Shown here one piece after another: positions 61,805-64,000 of a stretch of 64,000 nucleotides of DNA. The translations under genes and the position numbers were made by a program. Below the pieces are notes generated by a model. That model worked only from the letters and a program-made list of their open reading frames with translations, did not search any database and was not told where the DNA came from. The stretch is from an uncultured Sandaracinus sp. (GTDB taxonomy: Bacteria; Myxococcota_A; Polyangia; Polyangiales; Houyiibacteriaceae). The stretch covers positions 4,555 through 68,554 of the forward strand of contig CAYXAP010000026.1 in NCBI GenBank assembly GCA_964462035.1, given 5' to 3'. The stretch's first letter is position 1, and each line of letters starts with the position of its first letter.

Positions 61805-63471
61805 CGCCGCGAACGCTCGACCTCTTCTCGATAAGCGGCGACGGATCCCGTCCGCTCCGCCTCGCTCCACCCGAGGAGCTCGCCCATGCGACCCGCGACC
61901 ATCTCGGCCACCCCGAGCGCCTGGTCGAGGTCCCGGTAGAAGAGCTGCGTCCGGCGGATGAGCACGTCACTGACCGTGGCGGCCAGCTCCTTGGTCACGG
62001 CCCAGTCGATCTGCGCCACGATCTCCGGGCGCCCCTCGACGATCCGCGCCTGCGCGCTCTCGTCTTCGGCGGCGGCCCGCGCCAGCGGGAGCGCGCGCAT
62101 CCCGTAGGTGTTCGCGAGGTGGGCGCAGACGTCGTCGTCCAGCGTTCCGCGGGCAGCCTCGGAGACCATGCTCGCGACCTTCGAGTGGTCGTCGTCCGAG
62201 GGCCAGCCCTGACCCCCGGGCAGCGGCTCGCGCTCGGTGCGGGAGGCGCCGAGCTGCCCATGGCGCACGTGACCGGTCAGCCGGAGCAGGTCGACCGCGC
62301 GGTCCACCACTTCCGCGGACATCTTTCGGTAGGTGGTCAGCTTGCCCCCGGCGATGGTGAGCAACCCGTCGCGACCGACCAGAATCTCGTGCTCGCGGCT
62401 CACGTCCGACTCGGACACGCCGGCGCCCTCGGCCGGCGCCACCAACGGACGCAGCCCGGCCCAGGTGGCGATCACGTCGGCGCGCTCGAGCGGATAGTCG
62501 GGGAAGTAGTGGTTGGCGGCCTCGAGCAGGTAGTCGACGTCCGAGCCGGTCGCGGCCACGTCGGCGGGGTCGCCCTGGAAGTCCGTGTCGGTCGTGCCGA
62601 GGTAGGTGCGGTCGCCCCAGGGCAGCGCGAAGAGCACGCGCTCGTCGGCGGGATGGAAGCAGGTGACCGCGTGCGCGACCGGGAGCTTCTCGTGGGTCAC
62701 GACCGCGTGAATGCCCTTGGTCGGGCGCAGCACCGAACGCTTCGGCCGGCCCGGCACCGGGCTCAGCTCACGGACGCGGTCGCTCCACGGGCCGGTGGCG
62801 TTGATGACCACCTTGGCGCGGATCTCGCGGCGCTCGCTCTCGCCGAGGGTGTCCTCGACCTCCGCACCGCACACCCGCCCGTCGTCGCCCCGCAGGAAGC
62901 GGACGACCTTCGCGCCCGTCGCCACGGTCGCGCCGTTGGCGATCGCGTCGAGCGCGGTCTCGAGGGTCAGCCGCGCGTCGTCGGTCGAGCAGTCGTAGAA
63001 GAGCGGCGCGCCCTTCAGGCCGCGGGAGTCGAGCGTGGGCTCGACCTCGACGACCTCCTTCGGCTTGAGGTTCTTGTGGATCTTCGGGCTGCGGAAGAGG
63101 CTCAGGCCGTCGTAGAGCCACATGCCCGCGTTGATCACGAAGAGGTTGTGGCGGTCGCCCTCGTAGACCGGGAAGAGGAAGCCGAGTGGGTTTACGAGGT
63201 GCGGCGCGAGGTCCATGAGCACGCGCCGCTCGCTGACCGACTCGAAGACCATGCTGAACTCGTAGTGCTCGAGGTAGCGGAGCCCGCCGTGGACCAGCTT
63301 CGAGGAGCGTGAGCTCGTCCCGTAAGCCAGGTCCCGCATCTCGACGAGCGCGACGCTGAGCCCGCGACGAACGGCATCGCGCGCGACGCCCGAGCCGACG
63401 ATGCCGCCTCCGACGACGAGCACGTCGACCTCGCCCCCCAGCTGTTCCCACATCTCTCGTCGCGTCGGCAT
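61789..63471 (-). CDS. glpD: FAD-dependent glycerol-3-phosphate dehydrogenase
   Basis: GGGIVG, GTSSRSSKLVHGGLRYLE, DDARL, WAGLRPL, GGKLTTYR; AGGAGAGG RBS. Confidence 0.95.
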   Translation of the reverse strand: MPTRREMWEQLGGEVDVLVVGGGIVGSGVARDAVRRGLSVALVEMRDLAYGTSSRSSKLVHGGLRYLEHYEFSMVFESVSERRVLMDLAPHLVNPLGFLFPVYEGDRHNLFVINAGMWLYDGLSLFRSPKIHKNLKPKEVVEVEPTLDSRGLKGAPLFYDCSTDDARLTLETALDAIANGATVATGAKVVRFLRGDDGRVCGAEVEDTLGESERREIRAKVVINATGPWSDRVRELSPVPGRPKRSVLRPTKGIHAVVTHEKLPVAHAVTCFHPADERVLFALPWGDRTYLGTTDTDFQGDPADVAATGSDVDYLLEAANHYFPDYPLERADVIATWAGLRPLVAPAEGAGVSESDVSREHEILVGRDGLLTIAGGKLTTYRKMSAEVVDRAVDLLRLTGHVRHGQLGASRTEREPLPGGQGWPSDDDHSKVASMVSEAARGTLDDDVCAHLANTYGMRALPLARAAAEDESAQARIVEGRPEIVAQIDWAVTKELAATVSDVLIRRTQLFYRDLDQALGVAEMVAGRMGELLGWSEAERTGSVAAYREEVERSRRWRAD

Positions 63472-63667
63472 CGGTCCTCTCCTGGCGCCGTCCATCGGGA
63501 CGGTCGGTGGCCGCTCTCGGTGTAGCACGCGAGCGCGGAGCCTCTACCGGGCGACCCGAGGGTCACTCGGGCGGAGCGCCAACCGTGTTTCCCCAGCCCC
63601 CTCGAATCAGCCGCTGAGACGCCGTGTGCTCCGTCGAGCCATTCGAGACGGGCCCCGAGAAGAAGGG

Positions 63668-63756
63668 GAATCTCTCGCAAAGACGCTGAGGCGCAAAGGG
63701 AAGTCCGATGGGCCCGACGGGCCTCTTCGCGCCTCAGCGTCGTTGCGAGAGAATTC
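63668..63756. repeat. Short inverted-repeat element with periodic cgcaaag arms
   Basis: gaatctctcgcaaagacgctgaggcgcaaagg pairs with cctcttcgcgcctcagcgtcgttgcgagagaattc. Confidence 0.8.
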
Positions 63757-63784
63757 GTGTTCGGAGTCGCTGGGCGGCGCTGAC

Positions 63785-64000
63785 TCAGCGCCCGGCGTTC
63801 GCGTCGAGCAGGTCGGGCTTCTGCGCTTCCGGGTCGTCGGCGATCTGCTTGTCGATCTCGCGATCGACCGAGAGGTCCTGCGACACGGCCTCCGGTTCGG
63901 GTGCCTTGGTCTTCTCGAGGTGCGTCGCGCGCCGGCCCTTCTCGGTGAAGACGTCGACGTCGAGGATCGGATTGGGCAGGTCCACGCCCGCCTCGTCGAG
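63785..64000 (-). CDS. Partial CDS (C-terminus), unknown function
   Basis: Open frame entering from the window end with GC3-rich codons, stop at 63785. Confidence 0.6.
   Translation of the reverse strand, partial: LDEAGVDLPNPILDVDVFTEKGRRATHLEKTKAPEPEAVSQDLSVDREIDKQIADDPEAQKPDLLDANAGR

Overview
High-GC (about 70%) bacterial chromosomal segment. Gene content (Cys-rich repeat lipoproteins, OmpA-TSP3 protein, Hanks-type kinase, sigma54-like promoters) points to Myxococcota, probably Polyangia/Sandaracinaceae-like; this is inference. It holds about 55 CDS. Housekeeping and metabolic genes include ald, trmL, hisN, a fadN/fadA-type pair, E1-alpha/lpdA/lipB, glpD, a PAP2 phosphatase and a TIGR03960-like radical SAM enzyme, interspersed with many secreted or lipoprotein genes. 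No rRNA, tRNA, CRISPR array or transposase was recognised. Main observations: (1) a 23x43-aa Cys-repeat stalk lipoprotein translationally coupled to a barrel-TSP3-OmpA protein, a TraAB-like layout with inverted topology; (2) a family of intergenic ~220-bp long-inverted-repeat elements with periodic cRcNaag arms (two homologous copies in opposite orientation, plus a shorter relative); (3) repeated TAnnnT-N6/7-start signatures suggesting widespread leaderless transcription; (4) an orphan type ISP-like methyltransferase upstream of a Ser/Thr kinase; (5) a sigma54-like VIT-vWA/beta-propeller operon followed by a degenerate ExbB/ExbD-like fusion; (6) an archaeal-type alanine dehydrogenase candidate near a canonical Ald; (7) a probable CTG start missed by the ORF track. 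All family assignments come from reading motifs by eye, not from database searches.
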